A stretch of DNA of 62,609 bases, filler included, from Asterionella formosa (Eukaryota), in NCBI GenBank assembly GCA_002256025.1. It is 16 parts of 16 records of this genome, joined end to end, with 100 filler letters (N's around TTAATTAATTAA, not from the genome) between each part and the next. Parts side by side here need not be neighbours in the genome. Positions count along the whole stretch, not along the records: positions 1 to 31,391 come from NKIB01000700.1; 15 more parts are not named here. One strand, written 5' to 3'. A model generated the notes under the pieces. It had not been told where the DNA came from, made no database searches, and worked only from the letters and a program-made list of their open reading frames with translations. The position numbers and the translations under genes were made by a program. Below, in pieces: positions 1 to 11,099 of the stretch; within the stretch, counting starts at the first letter, position 1; the number at the start of each line of letters is the position of its first letter.

Positions 1-378
1 ACTATAGCAGCAAAGCATGGAGCTTCTTTGTTAAGAAGAAAAGTGAAATGTCGAAAATTGTCGAAAACCTTGTCATCAAGTTGAAGAGTGCTAATTATAT
101 CCTCAAGAAACTTCGATGTGACAATGGCGGCGAAAATGTCAAGGCATTAACTGAGCTATGCGAGAAACACGGACTCGCTATCGAAATAACTGCCCCCTAC
201 ACGCCTCAGCAGAATGGCATTGTCGAACGTAAATTTGCGACCATACGTGACCGCAGCTCTGCCGCCATGATAAAAGCGAAATTCTCTGAAGAGGCTCAAG
301 GAACACTCTGGGCGGAAGCTGCCAACACACACACAAGACTCACAAATATTGTGTCCAATTCCAGTGGCTCAAAATGTC
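1..378 (+). mobile_element. Ty1/copia integrase (rve) fragment, canonical copia type
   Basis: ORF 48-536 N-terminal part reads KLRCDNGGEN...TAPYTPQQNGIVERKF...LWAEAANT, the copia integrase core motifs. Homology switches abruptly after SSGSKCP. Confidence 0.9.
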
Positions 379-2496
379 CTGGTGGTAACAATTATGTCAT
401 GGTGTTGTATGATTTTGATAGCAACTTCATTTTCACGCACCCATTCCGCAATCGCACTGCCCCTTGCATCCTTGAGGCTTACAAACACCTCCATCAACGC
501 TTATGCAAAGCTGGTCTTTGCCCACAACTTTCTTAGACGATGAATGCTCCACACTGCTCAAGGATTTCATGGATATGGAATCCATTGATTTCCAGTTAGT
601 GCCCCCAGCAGTCCATCACCGCAATGCGGCTGAACAGGCAATCCGCACCTTCAAGAATCATTTTATTGCCGGATTATGCAGTGTTGAAAAAGATTTCCCC
701 CTTCACCTGTGGGATCAACTCTTGAACCAGGCTGAACTCACCCTCAATTTACTCCGGGGATCACGGATCAATCCCAAATTGTCTGCATGGGCCCAAGTGA
801 ATGGATTGTATGACTACAATCGTACTCCATTGACACCCCCTGGATGTAGGGTTCTTGTTCATGCTAAACCGCAACAATGCACTACATGGTTCCCACATGC
901 CCTTGACGGCTGGTATGTGGGCCCTGCTGTGGATTCTTATCGTTGCTATCGAGCATGGATGTGGGACACCAGGTCCATGCGTATTTGCGATACGGTGTCC
1001 TGGTTCCCTACCAAAGTGGCCTTACCTACTAATTCTTCTGCTGACATTATTTCTACCAGAGTCAGTTTACAAGATATTGCGCATGCGCTGGCCAACTCCA
1101 CTTCCCGCTCTCCTGTTGATCCCCTTCCACACACGCACAAAGCTGCTTTACAACAGCTCCTTGACATTATGTTGGTACCCCTCCCTGATGCCACCAGCAC
1201 AAACTGCTCTCCTGTTCCATCACTGAGGGTGCAAAGTTCACCGGAGCTGCCAGCCACTCCAAAAATGCATCTCATCCCCGAGTCTGTTGTCCCCACTCCT
1301 CTGCCACCACCATCATACCATACCCCTGTCCAATCTCTGAGGGTGCCCCCCTCCATGAATGCAAGTGTTGACAATCCTCGTTTAGGTGTGGACCTTCAAA
1401 CTGACACTCGTACCCCACTCACCAGCACCTATGACTTCGAAACAAGTCCGCCAGGGCGCTGACAACTTCAACTAATACGCAAATCTCTGCGCGCAATCAC
1501 GCCAGCCGCATTGAACAAGCGCACCATACGCACCCCTGAACACGTTGCCTTGAGTGCCAATCTTGTCATTAAACCCCCTCCTGTTACCGAATATTGCTTC
1601 CATGGCACTGCTGTGAACCCCGACACTGGAACGATCGCCGGTTACAAGGAACTATTAATGTGTAGCACGGCCTCTCTTAGGGCTACAGCCAACGGTTTAG
1701 AGATTGGTTGGTTGTTCCAAGGTTTGGGGATCAACTCTGGCATGCCCACTGGGACAAGCAAATTGTTGTTTTTTCATCCACAAACATAACATCCCCAAGA
1801 ACAAACAAGCCACATACATTCGTTTCATGTATGCCAATCGCCCCGAAAAATCTACTCCACACCGCGTCCGCTGGACTGCGGGGGTTGATCAGGTCCATTA
1901 CACAGGCAATGTTAGCACCAAGATAGCTGACCTTAGCTACCTTTGCCAAATGTTTGTTCAACAGTGTCATTAGTACCCCAAATGGACGCTTCATGACTGA
2001 AAATCTCTCCGATTTCTATTTGGAAAGTCATTTGCCTCCGGCTGATTACAAATATGTCCGCATCCCAACCTGGATGATTCCTGATGGCATTCAGGCATTC
2101 TATCATCTAGCCGACAAAATCCAAGATGGATATGTGTATGCGGAAATTCACCATGGTATGTATGGCCTTCCCCAAGCTGGTAAATTGGCCAATGAACAAC
2201 TCGAACACTTCCTCCAACCACATGGATACCTTCCCTGTCCTGTCACCCCAGGATTATGGAAGGACTCCAATAGCGATTTAATGTTCACCCTTGCTTGTTG
2301 TTGACGACTTTGGCGTTCATTACACTCACCGTAGCGACGTCAAACGCTTTCTAGCCACCCTTTGCACAAAATATCGTCTCACCACGGATTGGACCGGTGC
2401 CCGATACATTGGCATTACGCTTTCTTGGGACTATCTCAAACATACTGTTGATCTAACCATGCCTGGGTAAATCTCACGTGCATTACAGCGATTTGC
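379..2496 (+). mobile_element. Decayed diatom CoDi-like Ty1/copia pol (integrase + reverse transcriptase), truncated
   Basis: Integrase motifs: GNNYVMVLYDFDSN, LDDECS, FQLVPPAVHHRNAAEQAIRTFKNHFIAGLC, GWYVGPA..SYRCY. RT motifs: RVRWTAG.D, LSDFYL, GMYGLPQAG, VDDFGV (~2300-2317). The reading frame is broken by several frameshifts and stops. Confidence 0.9.
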
Positions 2497-2748
2497 TACC
2501 GGTAATAACAGTACTGTCTCTGGTACTACCGGTAGGGTACTCTATAGTATGTGTTAAGTATCTACCGGTACGTTAACTGGTACCGGCAACGTTTTACGTG
2601 TTGTACTTGATGGACAACACGATACGCCATTTGCATACACAGCATGAGAAAAAACCTGATGACACAAATTTGTTCCCACCACATCTTGCTTGATGCTGAC
2701 GTTCTCGATGTACAAATGGCAAATCTGTATTAACTAATAGTAATCGCC

Positions 2749-3822
2749 ATGACGGAAAATCAACTACCGTCAACTGCCATGAATGGCGAGTACTTTGATG
2801 CTGTTCTGGATAGCATGCAAGAAGTGAATCCTGGGCTGCAGGACGTTACATATTTCTCCCATCTCCCGGAAGAACTCATTTTGAATTGCGCCTCGTTTCT
2901 GAACGTGACATCGTTATTGACGTTCCGAACTGTAAATAAGACCTTTTCGGAACTCGGTTCTAGAAATGAAGCTGGCTGGACCGAGCGATGTAATGAACTA
3001 TGGAAAGACAAAGTCTTTGTTTGGAAGTCTGCTAGGAATCACTCCGACAAGCGCATGGGCTACAAATTATCGCTTCACGACTCGCGCGTCCGCCAACACC
3101 TGTCACTAGACGAGCTGTGCTACAACGAACTAGACAATTGCGGTACGATTTGGAGCTTTCGATTCAAGGTGAGTGCCGGACCTGATTGGACCAGTTGGGA
3201 CCCGTGGTGGATGGGAGGTCAAGCCAGGCAAATGGTGTTTTTGAGAAATGGCAGTGTCAAGCAATACGTGAGGGAACCGGCGAGTGGGGAGACACTGGAA
3301 TCGCCGACATTTGGACGGTTGATTGATCCACCCGTTAATATGGAATGGAGATTTATTTCCAAACCCATGGACTTGCCCAGTCGACCTGATGGTTCGTACC
3401 TTCGCTTTTCAGTCGGTGGCCGCGACGTGCCTACCTATGTAGTCAAGCGATCACCGACCAACAATTGGGGATTCATCGCGGAGTCGTGTTGGGGCGTCTA
3501 TACTAGCTTCGATATGCCACGTCGAGTCAAACAGGATCCTAGAATGCGCTTGAGGAGGTCTCCGTCGGGCCGAGCGCACTGGCTGCGAGAAGCTGATGAA
3601 GACGATGAGCAAGAAATACTACTGTCAACTCTGAATGATGACTCAATATTTACCATCACCAACGAAGTGCAATGGAGAGAAGCCTTGTTGTATAACTTTG
3701 GGGCCTCTGTACTTCCTGATGGAGATGGGGCGACCGAGGATTTCGATCGAATGTTCGGGCAAACAATGCATGAAAGAGATGGAGTTGACCATGGTGGCTA
3801 CCACGATGAACGACGAGCGTAA
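2749..3822 (+). CDS. F-box domain protein
   Basis: Intact 357-aa ORF with an N-terminal F-box pattern (FSHLPEELILNCASFLNVTSLLTFRTVNKTF..L). Confidence 0.75.
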   Translation: MTENQLPSTAMNGEYFDAVLDSMQEVNPGLQDVTYFSHLPEELILNCASFLNVTSLLTFRTVNKTFSELGSRNEAGWTERCNELWKDKVFVWKSARNHSDKRMGYKLSLHDSRVRQHLSLDELCYNELDNCGTIWSFRFKVSAGPDWTSWDPWWMGGQARQMVFLRNGSVKQYVREPASGETLESPTFGRLIDPPVNMEWRFISKPMDLPSRPDGSYLRFSVGGRDVPTYVVKRSPTNNWGFIAESCWGVYTSFDMPRRVKQDPRMRLRRSPSGRAHWLREADEDDEQEILLSTLNDDSIFTITNEVQWREALLYNFGASVLPDGDGATEDFDRMFGQTMHERDGVDHGGYHDERRA

Positions 3823-3998
3823 AGACATTTTGACAGGACACGAGTGCGCTAAATAAAGCGCGCAAATACAGTATGGTCGTTGGAGCAGAATCATTCGTAT
3901 TAATTAAATTATATTCACATGCCGATTTCGCCTTTAGATGTCTTAGCAGTATCCAGATAGGCATTCACACGACGTCGTGGAACAATAGAAAGACAGGA

Positions 3999-4847
3999 TC
4001 ACACTGAAAATTTTCTCTGGATGTCAATTGCAACTGATCCATCTTTTCTGTAGCTTCGCATGATGCTTTGGTTCTCGTGACGAATAGTGAGAGAATCTCC
4101 ATTCAAGGCAAAACTAATGCCTCGTGGTAGTCGAATGGTGCCGTCGTTTACTTGCTCAACCACTTCGTCACTGAATTGCGTACCGGAATTCAACTCATCA
4201 CCTAGCAGTCTCGACACAGTTCTTCCGTCCAATCCACCTCCATCCGAAATAGTGCCTCTTGTTGACGTCGTTGATGTTCGACGCTCCAGATTGACCCGAA
4301 TGGGTGATTGCACTTGTTGGTTTATTAAATCAAGAATAAGTCTCAATCGGTGATTGTTTGGAAGAGCAAAGATAGTTTCCGTTCTAACCTTTTTGTCGCT
4401 AATTTCATAATCCATAGCAATGGCGGCATCACTGGACGCTTTTGAAGCCCATCGAATGCACTCAATAACCTTTGATGTATCCAAGTTGTCTACACCGCAG
4501 CCAACTGCAGGATATACAGTCACCGTTTGGCGTTCTATTGTTCTCTCGTCTGCTAAAATTTGTTCTGACACAATAACTTCCAAGCAAGACGGCGCCTGGC
4601 CCCATTCGAGAAGCGCCTCCGGGACGAGGTGTTGGGGTACCGGGATCAAAAACCCCTCAGGTGAAAAGGTAGCTGACAGACCAGCAAAGTCACCTGAAAT
4701 CAAAGTAGTATCACTTTGTGTTGCTGCTCCGTTCGACACGGAATGCATTCGTTGATGAAGAGTTGCTCTCTGTCTCTGAGCGATTAACGACGATGATGAT
4801 CGAGGTAGGAGCAAGAGGAAAGAGTACAACATCGATCTGTTCATCAT
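3999..4847 (-). CDS. Hypothetical protein with probable signal/plastid-targeting presequence
   Basis: Long intact ORF. Likely start is MMNRSMLYSFLLLLPRSSSSL (hydrophobic leader, then S/R-rich stretch). No family recognised. Confidence 0.6.
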   Translation of the reverse strand: MMNRSMLYSFLLLLPRSSSSLIAQRQRATLHQRMHSVSNGAATQSDTTLISGDFAGLSATFSPEGFLIPVPQHLVPEALLEWGQAPSCLEVIVSEQILADERTIERQTVTVYPAVGCGVDNLDTSKVIECIRWASKASSDAAIAMDYEISDKKVRTETIFALPNNHRLRLILDLINQQVQSPIRVNLERRTSTTSTRGTISDGGGLDGRTVSRLLGDELNSGTQFSDEVVEQVNDGTIRLPRGISFALNGDSLTIRHENQSIMRSYRKDGSVAIDIQRKFSV

Positions 4848-5617
4848 GATAGCAAAGGTATGCTTACCAAAGTTCGTCATCCCAGAAGCAGATATTGACA
4901 ATCTTTAGTACCAGCATTGAATTTCAATTACCGGGTAACAGGTATGATGATGAAATGTACTGCATTCCGGAATATATTTAGTATGATCTCTTAAATGTTC
5001 TACTGTACTCCTCATTTTCTTCTTTTCTTTTATGTATGTATCATCATTCTTGGAGTGGACTCCATACCGGCTAGGTCACCGGCTCTAACCCTAACCCTAA
5101 ATGATCGTCCACAACATGTACCTGTATGATGGGCTGTGTTTGCAGTCAAGCCATTAAAATACCGGCATGACTATTCAATCATGTATTCATGCTTGAAGAA
5201 AATACATAGGGCCGTTTCGTGGTTGCACGCGGCCATCATCATACGACGTCGTCTCCTTCCCCTTTGTTATTTAGTTACCGGTACCACCACAGAGTAGACT
5301 ACTATACCGTTATCCGATGTCAATGCACTGCCCAAGCAATTCTTCACTCAGGCAGACCTGAGCATCATTGAGATCAGCGTTTGCGTCCTCCTCGAAAAGT
5401 GACTCCGAGGGTGTGACCACAGATCCACCGGTAGAAGGTCTCTCACTGTCAAGGAGTATAACGTAGTGGAGATAGGAATCTGATTCCACAAAAACGAGAG
5501 TCCAAGGGTTTTTCGGTCAAGCCACAACTTCGATCCATCATAAATACTATACCTATCGCAGTACCCGATTCATTTGTATTCTATCCGCAAAAAGGAGCAA
5601 CCGGCGTTACCAATAAA

Positions 5618-6469
5618 ATGTCAAATTATCAAGCCAAGGATTACCCATTGGAGTATCTCACAGCATCAGCGCTCGCGGCTTCCGTCAACTACCCGCTCTG
5701 GCGAGCCTCTGCGGTTGGCCAGTCTGGTTTCAAAGTGGCTGCCATTTCTGGCGTCCCACCATCGATGAGCCCCTACATCTATGCATTTCTACCCCCCTAC
5801 AAAGGTATGGTGGGTGTCATCTTCGGTATGACATGGGCTCGAGCGGCCATTTTTTGGGGATCTGACCGAGGGAAGGACATTCTACGACAGTACAACGCAC
5901 CGGAATCTGTTGCTACCATTGCGCCACCTCTGCTAGTTTCCACTGCTGTGCAATGCATCAATATGCCCATTGTGAGAGCCAGCATCACCTTACAAAATCC
6001 ACAATCTGATCTACCAAACACAATTGCATCTATCAAGCATATTTACCAAAACAACGGCCTCAAGGGCCTCTGGCATGGAACTTCCGCTGGAATTTTGAAG
6101 ACGGTACCCAAGTACTGCACTGCCGTCGTGGTGAAAGATTACATGGAAACAATCTTGCCTCCATGCGACCCAACATCTCCCACAGTCAATTCAGACAAGC
6201 TGTGGAGGTCAGCATACAAGTCAGCTGCTGCTGGCGTTGCTGGCGCTGCACTTACTAATCCACTCGATGTCGTTCGCAATGAAATGTTCAAAACGGAAAA
6301 GTCATTGATTGCAACTGTCAAACAATTGCATGATGAATTGGGATATTCCTTCTTGACCCGAGGCATGGGGAAAAATCTTGTGGCTGTGGCGATTCCACTT
6401 GGATGCACGATCTTTTTTACCGATGCTTTGATTGAGTACAGCATGAGAGGTGGTAGCCAAAGTTTGTGA
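5618..6469 (+). CDS. Mitochondrial carrier (SLC25) family protein
   Basis: 283 aa with three repeats carrying PX(D/E)XX(K/R)-like signatures (YPLWRA, MPIVRA, NPLDVVRNEM) plus GLKGLWHG and FLTRG motifs. Confidence 0.85.
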   Translation: MSNYQAKDYPLEYLTASALAASVNYPLWRASAVGQSGFKVAAISGVPPSMSPYIYAFLPPYKGMVGVIFGMTWARAAIFWGSDRGKDILRQYNAPESVATIAPPLLVSTAVQCINMPIVRASITLQNPQSDLPNTIASIKHIYQNNGLKGLWHGTSAGILKTVPKYCTAVVVKDYMETILPPCDPTSPTVNSDKLWRSAYKSAAAGVAGAALTNPLDVVRNEMFKTEKSLIATVKQLHDELGYSFLTRGMGKNLVAVAIPLGCTIFFTDALIEYSMRGGSQSL

Positions 6470-6799
6470 CGAGACAGCATTTGTCTTGAAATGAAATTGT
6501 CATTTTTAGGTTCCTTGTTTAGAGACATTCACCAACACATAAAATCAAGAATATAAAGGTTGTTGAGAGGTGGTGGGCATAGGCAAATGGAATTATTGAG
6601 TTGTCTTGCACACTTTGTTCGTGGCCAGGTTGCCACAGACTGCGAAGGTTTCTCCCCCTGGTACTTTCGTTGCATGGTACATAGGGTGATTCAGTCTCAG
6701 CAATGGTGAGAAGCATTCATTCCAAGTGGGGGGTGAAGATGTACTCTGAGTATAAAATAGCTTTATTCTTAAGAATCAGTATAGTTATGATGCAATGTG

Positions 6800-7086
6800 A
6801 GGGAATGGCTTGAGTGGTAAATCATGTTGCCTTTTATCCGTAGTTGTGTGGTTCGATTCCTGCAGTTGGTTTGAGAAGCAATTGCTGGGTTCAACCCCAC
6901 TCTCCTTACTGTCCCACACGGTCTGGTGTGCAAGAAATAGTTGGTTACCCCCTACAAGCTAGCAGCTTGTGGCGCCTTCCTAAACAGTCCGAGTTTCCCC
7001 TAAGGCTGCAACTAACATGACTACCTTTTGCGAAAGATGGTTGGGGACTCACCTATGCTAACAAAACTAGGAAAGCACAGGTCTTG
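6800..7086 (+). mobile_element. tRNA-derived SINE-like repeat, copy 1
   Basis: A-box TGGCTTGAGTGG (6806-6817), B-box GGTTCGATTCC (6850-6860) and a second B-like box (6887-6898). Aligns end to end with the reverse complement of 14214-14499. Confidence 0.7.
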
Positions 7087-7239
7087 AAGGGAGCACAAAG
7101 AATAATAGGGAAGTGCAATTGGGCTATAAAACAGATTTTCATTAAAGAATGAGTATCTTTTGTTCTTCATGCTTTGGTTGGCTTGATAAGGACACAAAAT
7201 CGACAACCATTTTCATTCAATTCAAAAAGCAAGAACAGA

Positions 7240-9623
7240 TCATACCTCCTCTTCCATATCTGCCATGACTCTCTCATGATCATTTAAAACCATGTCAAAC
7301 CTGTCCTCTTCCAGTAAACCTTCGATCCACCAAGTATCCATGTCGCCCTTGCCCTTCACATTGATTATTCCCCGAGGCCTTAAATCAAATGCGAACCTCG
7401 ACGAATCCAACAGCCTGAAGGTGGATTCAGTGCACTGGATCTTCATCTTTGTGGAAGTTGACTCCATCCGTGCTGCAGCATTCACGGTGTCACCAAATAC
7501 CGTATAATGTGGACGTTTGGTTCCAACAACGCCAGCAACTACTGGACCACTGTTGATTCCAACACGAACGAAGAGCCGTGTACCATTTGGAGCCCGGAAT
7601 TCTCTGACCATTGCCAAGACATCGATTGCAAACATGGCTACTCTCTCGGCGCCATCTAATGCTGTGCAGTGTTCCGGGCATCCAGCAGTCACCATGTACG
7701 CATCTTTAGTGAATTTGGAGAACAACTTGTTATAAGAGTGACAAATATATTTGAACAAAGCAACATCGCAGCACATATTTTTCATCGGATGAATATGCAA
7801 CTTACCTCCAATAGTCTCCACTTTATACACCTTGTGCTTATCAGCTAGTTCATCCATCAGCGAATAAAACTTGTTTAACATCTCCATGACTGCTACAGGG
7901 TGCATCTCAGCAGACATGGAAGTATATCCAATAATATCTGAAAAGAATACGGTGATCATGTCATATTGCTCAACTACAGTTTCGCCCCGTTGAATCTTCC
8001 GAAGGACACGTGGTGGTAGTATCTCTTTCAAGAGGTCTCCATGATTGTGCTTTTCAACCAAAATGAGTAACAGCATTAATGAAATGATTAGTGAGAAAGC
8101 AATAACTCCCGCAATAATAAAGGGCAAATTTGTACCATGAAAGCCTTCTACGGAGCCAACAGTTATTCGCCATAAATTATCAGTTGTTTCGAGGTCAACA
8201 GTTTCCGTATTGCGCTTGCTTACAGAATTCGCGTTCAGGGACTTAGCAAGCACAACATCCTGCAAATAGTACTCCCCCGTTGTGGTATTCAGCACATTGT
8301 CTGTTCGGGTAAGTGAAAATTCCAATCCATTTTTACGGAACTGCTCATAAATCAAGCTGCGGTTGACTAGGGCTTCCCAATTGATGAGAGCCGTGGCAAG
8401 GCCCCAACTTTGGAACACTTCGCCATCCACGGTGATGTTGAAACCATCGATGGCAATCGGGAGTCGGACGATTAGGGCTTTCTCGACAATTGTATTGCAT
8501 CCATTGCATTGAACCAGCTTTAAAGGTCCGACTGTAACAATTCTACTGCCACGAAGAGTTTTTTCCACAATAAATTTTCTTGACGGGTCATGTAGCAGGT
8601 CGTGTCCAAGCGCCCTAGAATTGTCCAAAAAGATTCCCGGAGGAAAATCTTCTGTATTGTTCACGGGATACAATAGGCATAGTACTGCAGCAGGTTGCAG
8701 CTGAAGGTTCACCAAAATTCCATTCATGCCAGCATTGCGCTTGATGGTTGATGCGATCTTGTTGTAACGTGATACAAGTTGTGGCTCATCACAAACACCA
8801 GTGACATTGCGATGTGTAGCTACGCCACCTACCTCCTTTGGTGGCAAAAATGGTAGGGCACCTGATATGCCAGCTTCACCAATCTTTCGGGGAAGATCCT
8901 GAAAGAAATCGAGTTCATAGACAAACTGAGCCAGCGAGAAAAGGGGCAAAGTTGCGCGATCAAGCTGGTCGGAAAAAACTTTTCCTGTCTGTATGGCAAG
9001 CTGTCTTGCACCCTGTCGATGAGTATCTTCATCCTGCTGATCAAAAATAATTGTGATTGATATTCCAATAGAACATAGTGCAATAAAAGTTGTTAACGTC
9101 CAAACCAGTATAAGCGGGTGATTTCGAATCGTCACTGCAGTCGTCTGACAAAATTGACAGATTAATTTTAGAAATTGGTTGCACCAATCGGGTAAAATTG
9201 CTCTCTTTGATATTGTCTTTTCTTCAACTACCGATACCTGTATAATAGACATTCTGTATAGACGTGGATTGATTCAAATTATCAGCGTCTAACCCTGTGC
9301 ACAATTTACTTCCTATTATTAGGCCAAAGCAATCAGACTTACCTCCTCCATATTGTAGCGCTTCCTAGTGGTTCATCGTACCCAGCGTCCTCACCTGCGT
9401 TATCCATTGTATACATCAATTCTCGTTCTACCTCAGTTCCACTTTTGGAGCTAGTATCACTCAGAGCTTCTTGAGTACCGATGTTTCCAAGCGAAAAACC
9501 ATGAGTCGCATGGTCAAAATCAGTTGCATTTTCATCTGCAGATGTTACCTTTGAAGGGGGAGGAGCCTTCTGCAATTCATTATTGTTGGGTTCGTCTCTA
9601 ATCTTTTTTCCGGTGACGGTCAT
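7240..9623 (-). CDS. Membrane receptor-type class III nucleotide cyclase with CHASE-like extracellular domain (3 exons)
   Basis: Exons 9623-9343, 9253-7806 and 7703-7240 are joined by GTAAG...AG introns that keep frame. Architecture is TM-CHASE-TM followed by FFSDIIGYT, KVETIG/DAYM, RVGINSGPVVAGVVG, FGDTVNAAARMES. The E in ETIG suggests guanylate preference. Confidence 0.9.
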
Positions 9624-10958
9624 TTCGGATACCGTAGAATAGTGAATATGTTAAAGGGCGACGAGAAGAACAGCAAGAAAAAAGCGATACTTCAATACTT
9701 GTCGTAGTGTCGTTGTTTGTTTTATCAACTTAGTTAAAATGTACCATAAAATACCATGCTGCTTTTTTTCTTCGCTGATTGAATCCTGCGACAATCACAA
9801 CCGAGAGCAACATACTGGGCATGTGTGACTATCATATGTCTATAGTACCAATTACCAGTACCGGGGTACAGAAATACAGGATTGTACATATGAAACGACA
9901 TTTGTGCGAGAACATTGTCTTCGAAGAAAATGGTGCCATCGGCATATTTTTTGTTTGCATGTACTTTCTGTACCCAAAACAGTTGCCGCGATTTCGGATG
10001 TTCTGTAATTGTCCAGGGGACATTCGACCGGTAAACGTCGTACCCTGGTACCGGGACATATTACGATCATCTCCGGTGCATCAAGATTGCCCCCGCCTCA
10101 GTCAACATGAGGCCGTGGTCTCTTCGAGTGGCCGATCTACATGCCGTTGTATTGTACGACGAGTGGCTGACTCGAACGGATGCCTGTTAGTTAGAATCTT
10201 CTTATTTTGCTTCCTTTGTCGCCTATATAACTCCCAAATTCGCTCAAACACCCACGAAGATGAATCTTCAGCTGCTGCCTGAAGATTTTGTGGATGACCC
10301 CCCTGTGAGAGATCAACGAGGGGGAGAAAATGACCGATGGCATCACAATATGTACTTAGGTAGACCTACCTAAGTAGATAGAATCAAAACCTATTTATGC
10401 ATACACAAATAACATGGGCTCGTCTACAAAGCCTACCAGTATACCGGTACTGATTCTTACTCTCATGGTACCTGGTAGAGACTTCTTTGATTTACACCTT
10501 TAGGTGTAGTATGTCGTCATCTGTGAAACGTGTGTTCCCATCAATGTTCACTTGACTAGCACACGTTTCGTGGTGCATAATTATGTACCGGTACACGATA
10601 TCGAACATGACTATGGTACCAGGTACCGATATAAGCATAGCAACTACGTAGTACTAAATATGTACATTACATAGATTGGATATTTTATACTTATTACAGA
10701 CAAGGACGGACGCGATGCGATGGGTTATGCCACGCGAGTCCGTAAAGCAATACATATGTACATACAATCTCGAATTCGTTTCGTAGGAGTCGAAGCTAAG
10801 GTTGCGGCCCTTCAGGTACACGTCGCGAGATCTTTTTTTTCTTCCAAAATAATTTTAAGATGTTTTTCAGTCCAATACGAACACTTTGCATATGCTTAGA
10901 TTCAGTCATCGCTCGACTTCAGGGTATGATCTATATTCAGATATGGTAAGGACCTCAT

Positions 10959-11071
10959 TTCTGGAGAGAAGTGGCAGTTATCCCCATGGGAATCGTAACT
11001 AGTATCCCAAAAAAGGGGCTTCGAAGCTTTTAATAAAATCTGGGAGGGATAACTGCCACTTTTATCCAGAA
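10959..11071. repeat. 26-bp inverted repeat pair (MITE-like/foldback)
   Basis: TTCTGGAGAGAAGTGGCAGTTATCCC (10959-10984) matches the reverse complement of 11046-11071 at 24/26 positions. Confidence 0.7.
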
Positions 11072-11099
11072 GTTAACTCTTGATGTTATAGGGTACACA

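Noticed and set aside
6800..6870. Functional tRNA gene
   Set aside because: A and B boxes are present, but I cannot fold acceptor or anticodon stems, and it is part of a longer two-copy repeat.
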